A DNA stretch of 64,000 nucleotides from Candidatus Omnitrophota bacterium (GTDB taxonomy: Bacteria; Omnitrophota; Gorgyraeia; Aquiviventales; Aquiviventaceae), in NCBI GenBank assembly GCA_016206725.1, contig JACQRA010000088.1, positions 1,622-65,621 on the forward strand, given 5' to 3'. The first letter of the stretch is position 1. The number at the start of each line of letters is the position of its first letter. The position numbers and the translations under genes are program-made. Shown here piece after piece: positions 18,768 through 28,312 of this stretch. The notes under the pieces are model-generated. The model searched no databases and was not told the origin of the DNA. It worked only from the letters and a program-made list of their open reading frames with translations.

Positions 18768-20497
18768 CGCGCGGTGACCAGTGTTCTCCGGCTGAGGCGG
18801 CGCTTGTGGCTTCGCCGTAAGATCTCCACGAGCGCGTCACAGACCATTGCCACCTCCGACTCGCCCAGTGTGGCGGCCGACGGCAGACAGACGCCATAGG
18901 GTGACAACGCGTACGACACCGGGTTGACGGTTCGCATGTCGCGGCCCCGACAGAACGGCTTGAAGGGCGGCATCGAGCTGAGCGGATAGAAAAACGGTCG
19001 CCCCCCGATGCCGCGCTGCTCCAGTGCTCGGACGATCGCTTCCTTCCGCAAACCGTAGGCGCGGCTGACCATCACCGCCGTGATCCAGAAGGTGCTGCGG
19101 CTTCCCGGCGTCTCCTGGTTCAAGCTGAGCCCCTCGACACCGTGCAGCCGTTGCGCGTACCAATGGAAGATTCTGCGACGCTGTTCCACCAACTCTTCCA
19201 AGCGATCCAATTGGGCCAGCCCCAACGCGGCCTGGACGTTCGTGTATTGGTACTTGTAGCCCAGCTCATGCGACCAGTAATAGCGCGCGCCAGGCGCTTT
19301 GTTGATCCCGTGATGCGCCAGCCGCTTGGCCCGTTCGTAGAGCCGCTTGTCGTCTGTCACCAGCATGCCCCCTTCGCCGGTCACCAACAGCTTGGTCCCG
19401 TTGAAGCTGTAGACGCCGACCGCCCCGAACGCCCCGGCCGGTTTGCCGAGGTAGAGTGCCCCAAGCGACTCGGCCGCGTCCTCGATCATCGGGATGCGAT
19501 GCCGGGCCGCGATGGCCGTGAGGGCGTTCACGTCCGGCATGTTGCCCAGCAGCCCCACCACGATGATCGCTTTGGTCCGTTTCGTGATCGAGGCCTCAAG
19601 CGCCTCAGGGCTCAGGCACCAACTGTGCCGATCAATATCCACGAGCACCGGCCGCGCCCCCACATAGCAGACCGGAGCCGCCTAGGCGACCCACGTCAAA
19701 TCCGGCGCACTCACCTCATCGCCCGGCCCGATTCCCAAGCTCATCAGCGCCACATGGATCGCGCCTGTGCAACTGCTCAGCGCAAGCGCATAGCGCCTGC
19801 CGGCATGAGCCGCCATCCGTCGTTCAAACTCATCAATCTCTCGGCGCATGTTCGTGTACCAGCCGTCCTGAACCGCCTGACTGACCCGCCGCACCTCCCA
19901 CTCGGTCATCGAGGGTCCAGCCGAAGGGATGAAGGCGCGTCGCGCCGACTCCAGTGCCGTCTCTCGCGGTTTCACTTTCGCAACCCGAATCGAATCCATA
20001 TGCGCCCCACCGATGAAGAAATGGTCCTTGTAGACCCCTTCGATCTGGAACCCCGCTTTGGCGAAGAGCCTCGCCGAGGCCGCGTTCTCGGCGTAATAGT
20101 CCGCATGAAGGCGGTGCAGTCCCCACGCGTTGAACGCATGATCCACCACGGCCTCAAGCGCCTCGGTCGCGCAGCCGTGGGACCATTGCGACTTGTCAAA
20201 GATCATCAAACTGAGTTCCGCGCGCCGATCAACCGGATGGATATTGAACAATCGGATGCCGCCGATATGCCGCCCGGAATCCTTGAGGAAGATCCCCAAC
20301 AACACGGATGCCCCCGGCTCGTTCGAACGTGTGATGTACGCCGCCGCGCTGGCCTCATCCCATCGTTGATGGCGCGCCTCGGTCCATCGCACCACCTCGG
20401 GATCGTTGAGCGCCTCGAGGTAGGCGGGTGTGATGTCCTCCGCGGTCAGCGGCCGAAGGGTCTGGTGTTCGGTGACGATCGGCTCCATCTGGCTCAT
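18761..20497 (-). pseudogene. GNAT acetyltransferase fused to perosamine-synthase-type DegT aminotransferase, interrupted by in-frame TAG at 19682-19684
   Basis: Track ORFs 19682..20686 and 18761..19663 are in the same frame; the junction reads PDLTWVA*AAPVCYVGARPV. RimJ-like GNAT N-terminus; EDAAE and SFNGTKLLVTGEGG downstream. Confidence 0.8.
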
Positions 20498-21561
20498 GTG
20501 AGGGTGGCCACCGGTGAGCCCGCCTTCAAGAGCGACTCCAGGTATTGCACCCGGTAGAACCTGATGTCCTGAAGCTGCGTCTGCGTCAACCCCAGCGCGC
20601 GTAATTCCCCGATCAGACGCTCGATCCCTCGCGCCACCGGCCACGCGCACGCAAACCCGGGGAGCGCTTCCTTCACGCGCTCGCACGCGACCCGGTAGGT
20701 CCTCCGATCAACGCCGTCCTGGATCTTCCGATCCCGGACGAGCTCCAGGCCGTCATCCGACCTCTGACGGCCCTGCGGGAGAAACTCCAGCTCGCACCCT
20801 GGAACCTGGCGCTGGATCATCTCGGCCACCTCGAGGATCCGATGACTCTGCCCCGTGTCGCCGATGTTCAGCCGCAGGGGCCCGCGCGGAGGGAGCGGCA
20901 TGTTGAGGCATCGTCGAATCGCCTCGCACGCATCCTCGATATGGACGAGCGGCCGCCAGGCCTTCCCGTCCGAGTTCAAGATGATCTTCTGGTTGGTCAA
21001 TGCCATCCCGACACACATGTTCACGACGAGGTCAAAGCGCATCCGAGGCGACAGGCCGAACACCGTGGCGAATCGCAAGATGATCGGCGCAAATGTCCCA
21101 TCGCTCATCGCGGTGAGATCCTGCTCAATCTGGAGCTTGTTCAGCGAATAGGGCGTCTGCGGGAACGTCGGCGACTCCTCCGTCACCAGCGCCTCGCCCC
21201 CGATCCCATACACCGAACAGCTCGAAGCAAAAATGAACCGGATCCCCATCGCCCTGCAGAGCGTCGCCAACCGGGCCGTGTACGCCCGCGTCGGATCGTA
21301 GACCGCCTCAGCGCTCAAGGAGCCGAACGGGTCATTGGAGATCCCCGCCAAATGGACCAGCGTCTCGGCGCCCGCGAGATCCTGTTCGGTGAGCTCGCGC
21401 ACGTCCTTAAAGATCGTCGCCTCCTGGGACGGATACAGCGTGCAGTCGCGAAAGAACCCAGCGTCGTATTCGCGCACGCGAATGCCCCGCTCCTTAAGGT
21501 ACGGCACAAGCCGGCTACCGATGTACGATTGGGACCCCGTGATCACGACCGTCTTCGACAT
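20494..21561 (-). CDS. NAD-dependent epimerase/dehydratase
   Basis: ITGSQSYIG, HLAGISNDP, ASSCSVYG, YSLNK, LRFATVFGLSPRMRFDLVVN; start at TGATG overlap 21561. Confidence 0.85.
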   Translation of the reverse strand: MSKTVVITGSQSYIGSRLVPYLKERGIRVREYDAGFFRDCTLYPSQEATIFKDVRELTEQDLAGAETLVHLAGISNDPFGSLSAEAVYDPTRAYTARLATLCRAMGIRFIFASSCSVYGIGGEALVTEESPTFPQTPYSLNKLQIEQDLTAMSDGTFAPIILRFATVFGLSPRMRFDLVVNMCVGMALTNQKIILNSDGKAWRPLVHIEDACEAIRRCLNMPLPPRGPLRLNIGDTGQSHRILEVAEMIQRQVPGCELEFLPQGRQRSDDGLELVRDRKIQDGVDRRTYRVACERVKEALPGFACAWPVARGIERLIGELRALGLTQTQLQDIRFYRVQYLESLLKAGSPVATLT

Positions 21562-21698
21562 CACCATTGACGCAGGAGTTTTTTGAATTCGATCTCGCGG
21601 CCGGTGGATTGGGGGCACATGGGGCATTTGAGATTGCAACCGCCGGCCATCTCCAGGTTAATCTGTTTAATCTCGCCGATCGCGTAGGGCGATCCCAT
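21561..21698 (-). pseudogene. Truncated radical SAM gene remnant (45 aa)
   Basis: Manual translation MGSPYAIGEIKQINLEMAGGCNLKCPMCPQSTGREIEFKKLLRQW*, with CxxxCxxC motif and an AGGAGG RBS upstream of ATG 21698. Confidence 0.75.
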
Positions 21699-21702
21699 AC
21701 GG

Positions 21703-22380
21703 TTACCTCCTCACGGGCTGTTGAACGTCACAGGGTTCGCGTAACGCGGCAATCGCCTGCCCAAACGCCTCGCAGGAAAAAATCGGATAGCCCGCCACCA
21801 GCGCCGTCGCGCCGGACTCCACGAGTTGCGGCCGCGTTTGCAGGGAAACGGCTCCGTCCACTTGAATCACCACGTCGCGCCCCTGTTGTTGGATCGCCTC
21901 AGCCAATTCCTTTAGGTTCCGGACGCCGCCGGCTTCCAAGGCGCCAGGACGGCCTGGTGCTACGGTCATCACGTTCACGACATCGCAGGCGGCCAGATGC
22001 GGCATGACGGCGCGAGCCGGGGTGGCCGGCGCGATGGCCAGGCCGGCCTGCCGCCTCTGCGCTCGAATCCGCTCCAACGTCACGGTCGGCTCCGCGCTGG
22101 TTTCAATGTGGATCAGCACGCCATCCGCGCCAGCGTCCACATACTGCGCCCAGCACGCCTCCGGCTCCTGGACGAGCAGGTGCACCTCGAAGGGCAGCCG
22201 CGTAGAACGGCGCAAGCCGCGAATGAACGACGGGCCCATGCACAACTCCGGGACAAACCGCCCGTCCATGACATCAAAATGCAGTGCGTCAATTCCTCCG
22301 GCTTCCAGCCGATGAATCTGATCCGCTAAATGACCCATGTCGGCGGAGCGCATGGCGGCTTTGATCAACAGGCGTGCCAT
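21703..22380 (-). CDS. rpe: Ribulose-phosphate 3-epimerase family protein
   Basis: LHFDVMDGRFVP, EVHLLV, IHIE, PATP, MTVAPG, IQVDGAV, LVAG. Confidence 0.85.
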   Translation of the reverse strand: MARLLIKAAMRSADMGHLADQIHRLEAGGIDALHFDVMDGRFVPELCMGPSFIRGLRRSTRLPFEVHLLVQEPEACWAQYVDAGADGVLIHIETSAEPTVTLERIRAQRRQAGLAIAPATPARAVMPHLAACDVVNVMTVAPGRPGALEAGGVRNLKELAEAIQQQGRDVVIQVDGAVSLQTRPQLVESGATALVAGYPIFSCEAFGQAIAALREPCDVQQPVRR

Positions 22381-23309
22381 CACGCGGCCTCTGCTCGGAC
22401 GAGACTCATCTCACGCTCCATCTCCGTGAGGCTTTCGTCCAGCGAGAGTAACCTCGTCCGGCGCAACACACCCTGAACCTTCGCTAGATGAAAGCCGGAT
22501 TGCAAAGGCCGAGGCCCGCGCTGTTCCAGCTCAGCCGTTGAAACGCCGTGGATGAGTGTTCGGTTCAATCCAAAACGCTCCGCGGTCTTCAGCGCCCACT
22601 CATACTTGGAACAGCGCGTCGTGCCGGCGACATGAAATAGACCCTGCTGTCCCAGCTCGACCAACTCCACCAGGGCTTCGGCGAACGTCGGCGCATACGT
22701 GACGTTTCCCACCTGATCATTCGGAACTCGCATCAGACGACCGGCGCGATCGTTGTCCAAGAGCTGCATGATGAAATTCTTGGCCGACACATGCGGCGCC
22801 CAACTGAAGACAAAGGACGTCCGCAGCACCAGCGCCTCCGGCAGGCGTTCCATCACGTAGCACTCCGCCATCAGCTTGGCGCGCCCCAACTGAGAGAGCG
22901 GATGGGGCGGATCGGTTTCGGCGTACGGCCCGGCCTGCCCATCGAAGACGTAATCGGTTGAGATCTGGATGAAGCGCGCGTTCACGGCCACCACGGCGTC
23001 AACGAGATGGCGCACTGTGTCATAGTGCGCGCGGATCGCAAGAGTTGGATCCGCTTCACACGCATCCGTGCCGCCTTGCGCGTTCAGGCTGTTCACGATC
23101 AGCCATGGGCGCCATTGCTCAATAAGCCGGCGCACCGGCTTGTCGTCCGTGGCGTCAAGCGCGACCGCTCCCGGCTGGGGATTCCGGTAGAAGGTCGGTA
23201 CGCAGGCCCAGCCTCGGTTCCGACACGCCTCCGCGAGACGCCAGCCGATTTGTCCGGAGCCGCCCACGATCAGGACCGGCTGCTCCTCGACCCTGCGCTT
23301 AGCCACCAT
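22380..23309 (-). CDS. RmlD-like NDP-4-keto-sugar reductase
   Basis: IVGGSGQIG, ISTDYVFDG, PYAETD, NDQVGNVTY, RPLQSG; the catalytic YxxxK appears as LGRAK. Confidence 0.75.
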   Translation of the reverse strand: MVAKRRVEEQPVLIVGGSGQIGWRLAEACRNRGWACVPTFYRNPQPGAVALDATDDKPVRRLIEQWRPWLIVNSLNAQGGTDACEADPTLAIRAHYDTVRHLVDAVVAVNARFIQISTDYVFDGQAGPYAETDPPHPLSQLGRAKLMAECYVMERLPEALVLRTSFVFSWAPHVSAKNFIMQLLDNDRAGRLMRVPNDQVGNVTYAPTFAEALVELVELGQQGLFHVAGTTRCSKYEWALKTAERFGLNRTLIHGVSTAELEQRGPRPLQSGFHLAKVQGVLRRTRLLSLDESLTEMEREMSLVRAEAA

Positions 23310-24300
23310 GATCCCTCGCCAACAACACGCACGAACCGTTGGCTTCGTAACCAACCCGCACTTCTTGCATGTCATGCAGCGCCAGGCGGATCGCGTCCTG
23401 GCGATCCTGAGGGCTCACCAGGAGCAGGAATCCGCCTCCGCCGGCCCCGCAGATTTTCCCGCCGACCGCGCCGGCCTCTTTCGCCCGCTCATACCACGCA
23501 TCAATGCGGTCATTCGAGATGCGGCTGGCCAGTTGGCGCTTGCGCTGCCAGGTCGTATCAAGGAGGCGCCCGAACGCCAGCGGATCGAATCCGTTGTGCA
23601 ACAACCCTTGGAGGAAACGGGCGTCTTCCCGCATGGTTTGCAGCACAGGAAATTTCTCAGGAATGTTGTCCTGTTGCTCTTTCAAGACGGAGGCCGCGTC
23701 GCGGCTCATCGCCGTCCAAAACATGACGAGATGATCGAACAATCGCTGCACTGCACCCTCCGGTAGATGCTGCGGCTCCACCGTCACCCGCCCGTCTGGC
23801 TGGAAACAGAAGAAATTGAGACCCCCAAAGGCGGCCGCATAGTGGTCTTGCTTGCCGATGGGACGCTTCAACACGTCCATCTCGATGTGCGACGCTTCTT
23901 CGGCCAATTGGACCGCCGAGGCGCGCTCTCCGCGAAAGACATGGAGGGCGTTCAGGAGGCCGACCGAAAAACTGCTAGAGGAACCCAATCCGGAAAACTC
24001 CGGAATGTCCGCCACGGTATTGATGTAGAGCGGGGGCTCCACGGGCACCAACCGAAGACACTCGCGCGCAATGTGGTTCTTGATCGCCTCCATCTGCTGG
24101 ACATGCTCGGTTTCCGAATAGTTCAACCGAAAGGCCTCATTGAACAGGCGACCGTGCCGTTTCACCGTCACATAGAGGTACTTGTCAATGGTCGTGCTCA
24201 ACACCGCGCCGTGTTCCCGTTCGTAGAAGGCCGGCAGATCCGTCCCCCCACCGGCGAAACTGATGCGCAATGGCGTGCGAGTGACCACCAACTCAACCAT
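23299..24300 (-). CDS. hddA: GHMP kinase, D-glycero-alpha-D-manno-heptose-7-phosphate kinase-like (copy 2)
   Basis: RTPLRISFAGGGTD, SGLGSSS, IGKQD, GGKICGAGGGGF. Confidence 0.85.
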   Translation of the reverse strand: MVELVVTRTPLRISFAGGGTDLPAFYEREHGAVLSTTIDKYLYVTVKRHGRLFNEAFRLNYSETEHVQQMEAIKNHIARECLRLVPVEPPLYINTVADIPEFSGLGSSSSFSVGLLNALHVFRGERASAVQLAEEASHIEMDVLKRPIGKQDHYAAAFGGLNFFCFQPDGRVTVEPQHLPEGAVQRLFDHLVMFWTAMSRDAASVLKEQQDNIPEKFPVLQTMREDARFLQGLLHNGFDPLAFGRLLDTTWQRKRQLASRISNDRIDAWYERAKEAGAVGGKICGAGGGGFLLLVSPQDRQDAIRLALHDMQEVRVGYEANGSCVLLARDHGG

Positions 24301-24742
24301 GCTTGAGCCCCCAGTCGTAGGGGATCTCGTTCGTGAACGGATCAAGATGGATGATCTCCTCAGGATCGTGCGGCTCAGTCGCGCAGTTGGCGAGAATCAC
24401 CAGCTTGTCCCCGTAGGCCTTGTAGCCGTTCGTGATGCCGGGAGGAATCTGCACGAGGCAGTAGTGGTCTTCGCCCAAGAAGATCTCCTGGATCTGGCCT
24501 TTCGTCGAAGAATGCTCACGTCCGTCATAGAGGACGAGTTTGGCCCGGCCGGAAATCACCGCATTGTTGAGCGTCATCGTCTTGTGCACGTGCCACGCCT
24601 TGATCGTGCCGGGCCACGCGCACGAAAAGTACATCTCCCCGAAGCGGATGAAATGCGGATCGGTCGCTTTGAGCATCAGCATGACCTTGCCCCGCTCATC
24701 GACAACCTGCTTGAGTGGAATGATCTTCACCCCCTCGATCAT
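24293..24742 (-). CDS. RmlC-family cupin NDP-sugar 3,5-epimerase
   Basis: MIEGVKI, DERG, FGEMYFS, IKAWHVH, LVLYDGR, IPPGI.NG, IPYDW. Confidence 0.85.
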   Translation of the reverse strand: MIEGVKIIPLKQVVDERGKVMLMLKATDPHFIRFGEMYFSCAWPGTIKAWHVHKTMTLNNAVISGRAKLVLYDGREHSSTKGQIQEIFLGEDHYCLVQIPPGITNGYKAYGDKLVILANCATEPHDPEEIIHLDPFTNEIPYDWGLKHG

Positions 24743-25959
24743 CCCCCCACCTCCGCGGGAACGCGGCTCAGTTCGGGTTTCCGGTAGAGACGCGCTTCGA
24801 GCGTCTCATCCCAGTGCTGCTCACGTGTCATCAACTCAAATGCTGAATGGGTCGTCAACACGGCATGGATATAGTCGTTATCAACAAATCCGTTGTCCCC
24901 TGTCCAATAGCCTTTCACTCGCTGGCGATAATTTTCATGCAGAAAATACGTTCGAGTGATCCGATCAATGTGACGCAGATACTCATTAACCGAACCGGAA
25001 GGCATCTCTCCAAGACTCGCGGAATTCAAGCACAGGTCGACACTCTGCTCAGGCCAACGAGGCAACAGGTAGTGCGGCAGTAGAATCACGTCATACGCAT
25101 GCAGCAGCGCATCATAATCCAACGCATCAAGACATCCCTCCTCAAGAAAGAAGCAGGATTTCCCAGGCAAACTGTTCAGGAGAAAATACTTGGCCATGAG
25201 CAGGCTCTCTGGAAGATCGAAACCCACGTACGTCGTGTTGGCCTCGTCGCGCAACAGATAGTACGCATACAGCCCGAACCCTCCGCCAATTTCTGCGACG
25301 ACACGGCGTTGGCGATGTGCGAGGAGTTGGGCTGTTGTGACGCTGTAATAATGCACGCGGGGCGCCACGGAGAGAATCACCTGCCCGTCGTGCAGATACC
25401 CGAATGGATTGCCAATGGACGGAATGCCTAATCGGTCGTACTGCCGTTCGCCGGTCAGTGACGACCACACCTCAAGATGCTGAAGCACTCGATTGATATA
25501 CGACATTTTCAGGAGCCGGTTCCCGTCTTGCAATCCCAGCCGGCCATGCGTGGAGTTAAAATCGCCAATCCCGAAGTACGTCGCGCCTCCGTTGCGAAAA
25601 AACGAGTTGAACAACTGCTGCAACCCTTGCGCATCCCTTCGTTCAATGGCACTGAGATACGGCTCCCAATACCGATGGATGACTTCCTTGAGTTCGGCGC
25701 AGATCGCGTAGGCATCACCAGCGTCGCGTGGCTGAAGTGATGTTTCCACGAGATACGACTCGACAAGTCGTGCCAGAAGATCCGGCTGAGGAGCTGGCTG
25801 CGGCTGACGAGATTCGCACCCCTGTTTCAGCGCATCGAGTTTTGCCGTATTGGTGGTGTAATGCCGATAAAACGCAACCCATTGAGCGGCTCGTGCGCGA
25901 GCGAGCGCAAGGTTCCGTGTGGCGCGGTCAAGCCACGCTGTGATGCCTTGCGTGCTCAT
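24739..25959 (-). CDS. Putative sugar O-methyltransferase
   Basis: IGNP, VAEIGGGFG, FDLPESL, NSASLGEMP...YL. Confidence 0.75.
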   Translation of the reverse strand: MSTQGITAWLDRATRNLALARARAAQWVAFYRHYTTNTAKLDALKQGCESRQPQPAPQPDLLARLVESYLVETSLQPRDAGDAYAICAELKEVIHRYWEPYLSAIERRDAQGLQQLFNSFFRNGGATYFGIGDFNSTHGRLGLQDGNRLLKMSYINRVLQHLEVWSSLTGERQYDRLGIPSIGNPFGYLHDGQVILSVAPRVHYYSVTTAQLLAHRQRRVVAEIGGGFGLYAYYLLRDEANTTYVGFDLPESLLMAKYFLLNSLPGKSCFFLEEGCLDALDYDALLHAYDVILLPHYLLPRWPEQSVDLCLNSASLGEMPSGSVNEYLRHIDRITRTYFLHENYRQRVKGYWTGDNGFVDNDYIHAVLTTHSAFELMTREQHWDETLEARLYRKPELSRVPAEVGG

Positions 25960-25977
25960 CTCCCAGCTCTCCTCATC

Positions 25978-27027
25978 TTAGCTGTTGATCGCTGCGATCG
26001 CCTGCCACCGCAGGGAGTCGTCCAACCGCCCGCTCTCCAACAAATGCCGCAGCCATTTCAGCCGCGTAAACCGTTGATCCGTGAAGTCCTCATACGTCAG
26101 CCCCGTCGAGTGAAACGCGTCAGCCAGCCCCCGCGCGCCCTCTTCGACGCTCCACGTGAAGCGAAAATCTGGAAACGTGCGGGTGAACTTGCCGAAATCC
26201 GTCTTGTACGTGCGCTGATCCGCATCCGCGCTGGCCACACATTCAATCCGGCAGCCCGGCACGATCTGTGCCACGGTCTCGGCGAGCTCTCGGACCTGGT
26301 GATTCATGCGCGCCTCGCCGTTATTGAAGGCCTGGTTGTGCACCAGCTCGATGGGAGCCTCCAGGACATGGAGAAACGCCCGCGCAATGTCTTGCACGTG
26401 CGCCACCGGACGCCAGGGCGTGCCGTCACTGTGCAAGACGATCTTCCCTGTGGTGACCGCGGCGGTCACCAGGTTGTTCAGGACCGTGTCAAAGCGCATC
26501 CGCGGCGAGAGGCCGTAGATCGTGCCGTTGCGCAAAAACGTCGGCGAGAACGTGTCATCCGCCAGCCGGGCAATGGCCTGCTCGCTTTGCACTTTGGAGC
26601 GTGCATACGCCGTCTTCGGATCCAAGGGCGAGTCCTCATTGACCGTGACCGCCTCGGAGACGCCGTACATGATGCAGGAGGAGGAAAAAAGAAACCGCCT
26701 CACCCCCGCCTCCTTCGCCAATTCGGCGAGACGCACTGAGGCCTGACAATTGATCGCCTCGGTCCATTGCGGATTCAGATTACCGATTGGATCATTGCTC
26801 AACGCGGCCAGATGGATCACCGTCTCAGCCCCTTCCAGGTCTTGAATCGCCGCGTCTCGGAGATCTTTCTGGATCCAGGGAACCTGCACGGCATCAGGGA
26901 TGAGCGTGCACTCCGAAAAATATCCGGTATCCAGGCCGACGACGTTGTAGCCGGCTTCCACAAGGAGAGGGGTCATGACAGAACCGAGATACCCGTTGTG
27001 ACCGGTGACGACCACGCGCCTAGACAT
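25978..27027 (-). CDS. NAD-dependent epimerase/dehydratase
   Basis: VTGHNGYLG, HLAALSNDP, SSSCIMYG, YARSK, LRNGTIYGLSPRMRFD. Confidence 0.87.
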   Translation of the reverse strand: MSRRVVVTGHNGYLGSVMTPLLVEAGYNVVGLDTGYFSECTLIPDAVQVPWIQKDLRDAAIQDLEGAETVIHLAALSNDPIGNLNPQWTEAINCQASVRLAELAKEAGVRRFLFSSSCIMYGVSEAVTVNEDSPLDPKTAYARSKVQSEQAIARLADDTFSPTFLRNGTIYGLSPRMRFDTVLNNLVTAAVTTGKIVLHSDGTPWRPVAHVQDIARAFLHVLEAPIELVHNQAFNNGEARMNHQVRELAETVAQIVPGCRIECVASADADQRTYKTDFGKFTRTFPDFRFTWSVEEGARGLADAFHSTGLTYEDFTDQRFTRLKWLRHLLESGRLDDSLRWQAIAAINS

Positions 27028-28312
27028 GCACGCACTCCGGCTGTGAGCCCACGATGTCGTGGACGACGTCCAGCAATGGCCGCTGGAGAGACACGCGCCT
27101 CCATGGACAGCCCGCCGCGTCAGCCGCTTGTCCGTCACGCTCGTCATCGCCGATGAACGGGGTGCGGCTCAAATCGAGATGGAACTCCCGCTGCGCGGCA
27201 ACGAGCATGCCGGGTTTCGGTTTGCGGCACTCGCAACCCTCATCCCATCCGTGGGGACAGTAGTAGATCGCGTCAATCCGTCCGCCAGCCGCCTCGACCT
27301 CAGCCTTCAGGCGTTCATGAACGGCCGTCAGATCCGCTTCCGTCATGGCTCCGCGGGCGATGCCGGCTTGGTTGGACACGACGATGACTCGATAGCCGGT
27401 CTCGCGAAGTCGCCGCAGGGCTTCCAACGCCCCCGGCAACCACTGCCAATCGTTCCATGAGCGAACATACTCGGCTCGAGGCGGCTTGACGTTCAAGACA
27501 CCGTCCCGATCCAGAATGACCGTCGGGCTCCTCGCCAAGAATCGTTGTGTGAGCGGGAGTCGCTCATGAGAGCTGACGCTGTAATAGCGATGGTCGGTGA
27601 CAAACGCGGCTAGGTGGCGTGACGCGATCAATCGCGGATAGATGACGCGCTCAAAACAGACGTTCTCATCCGGGATGTCGTCCAGGACCTCGTGTTGGAA
27701 GATGCCAAAGCCGATGTCCACCCCACGCAGGCTCGGGGCGCGACGCTCTTTGTCGTACACCGCAATGAAACCTTGCTCGTCCACTCGGACGTTGTCGCGG
27801 CTGTAGCCCTCGGCGTTTCGATACACCGTCAGCATCGCCGGCACATTCAACGACCGGTAGCGCGTCCACATCACCTCGAACGACATCGGCCAGTAGTTGT
27901 CGCAGTACATGAAGAGAAAACGGGGCTCAACGCGCGAAGCCGCGAGTTTGAGCCGCCGTCCTGTATCATCGCCCACCGCTGAGACCGCATAGTCAATCGC
28001 CAGTCCCCATCGGCGGCCGTCCTCGCAATACGATTGGATCACGTCAGGACGATACCCCAGCAACAGCAGCACGCGCTCGAATCCCTGCTCGCGCAACAGC
28101 TCAAGCAGATAGCCCAGGAACGGCTGACCGTGAAATTCGATCATCGGCTTGGGCGTGGTGTCGGTGAGCGGCCGAAGACGGCTTCCGCGCCCCCCCGCCA
28201 AGATCACCGCCTGCCGAGGTCGTCCCTCGACTCGCTGCGCTCGCTCGGGATGACCCTGAGCAAGGGCGCGTGACTGAAAGCTATAGCCCGCGTCGAAGGG
28301 TCGCTCCATCAC
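27020..28312 (-). CDS. Sugar-phosphate nucleotidyltransferase (HddC-like) fused to GmhB-type HAD phosphatase (copy 2)
   Basis: AVILAGGRGSRLRPLT..PKPM; C-terminal ILDRDGVLN, VSNQAG, CPH...CECRKPKPGM, IGDDERD. Confidence 0.85.
   Translation of the reverse strand: MMERPFDAGYSFQSRALAQGHPERAQRVEGRPRQAVILAGGRGSRLRPLTDTTPKPMIEFHGQPFLGYLLELLREQGFERVLLLLGYRPDVIQSYCEDGRRWGLAIDYAVSAVGDDTGRRLKLAASRVEPRFLFMYCDNYWPMSFEVMWTRYRSLNVPAMLTVYRNAEGYSRDNVRVDEQGFIAVYDKERRAPSLRGVDIGFGIFQHEVLDDIPDENVCFERVIYPRLIASRHLAAFVTDHRYYSVSSHERLPLTQRFLARSPTVILDRDGVLNVKPPRAEYVRSWNDWQWLPGALEALRRLRETGYRVIVVSNQAGIARGAMTEADLTAVHERLKAEVEAAGGRIDAIYYCPHGWDEGCECRKPKPGMLVAAQREFHLDLSRTPFIGDDERDGQAADAAGCPWRRVSLQRPLLDVVHDIVGSQPECVHV
28224..28300. 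repeat. REP-like palindromic element inside the 5' end of the HddC-GmhB gene
   Basis: CCCTCGAC...GCTCGGGATGACCCTGAGC...GTCGAAGGG with complementary ends and internal stems. Confidence 0.55.

Noticed and set aside
19682-19684. Genome-wide amber recoding or pyrrolysine insertion
   Set aside because: TAG serves as a normal stop for other genes here (for example rfbD at 62000-62002), only one such case is seen, and no pyl genes are present in the window.
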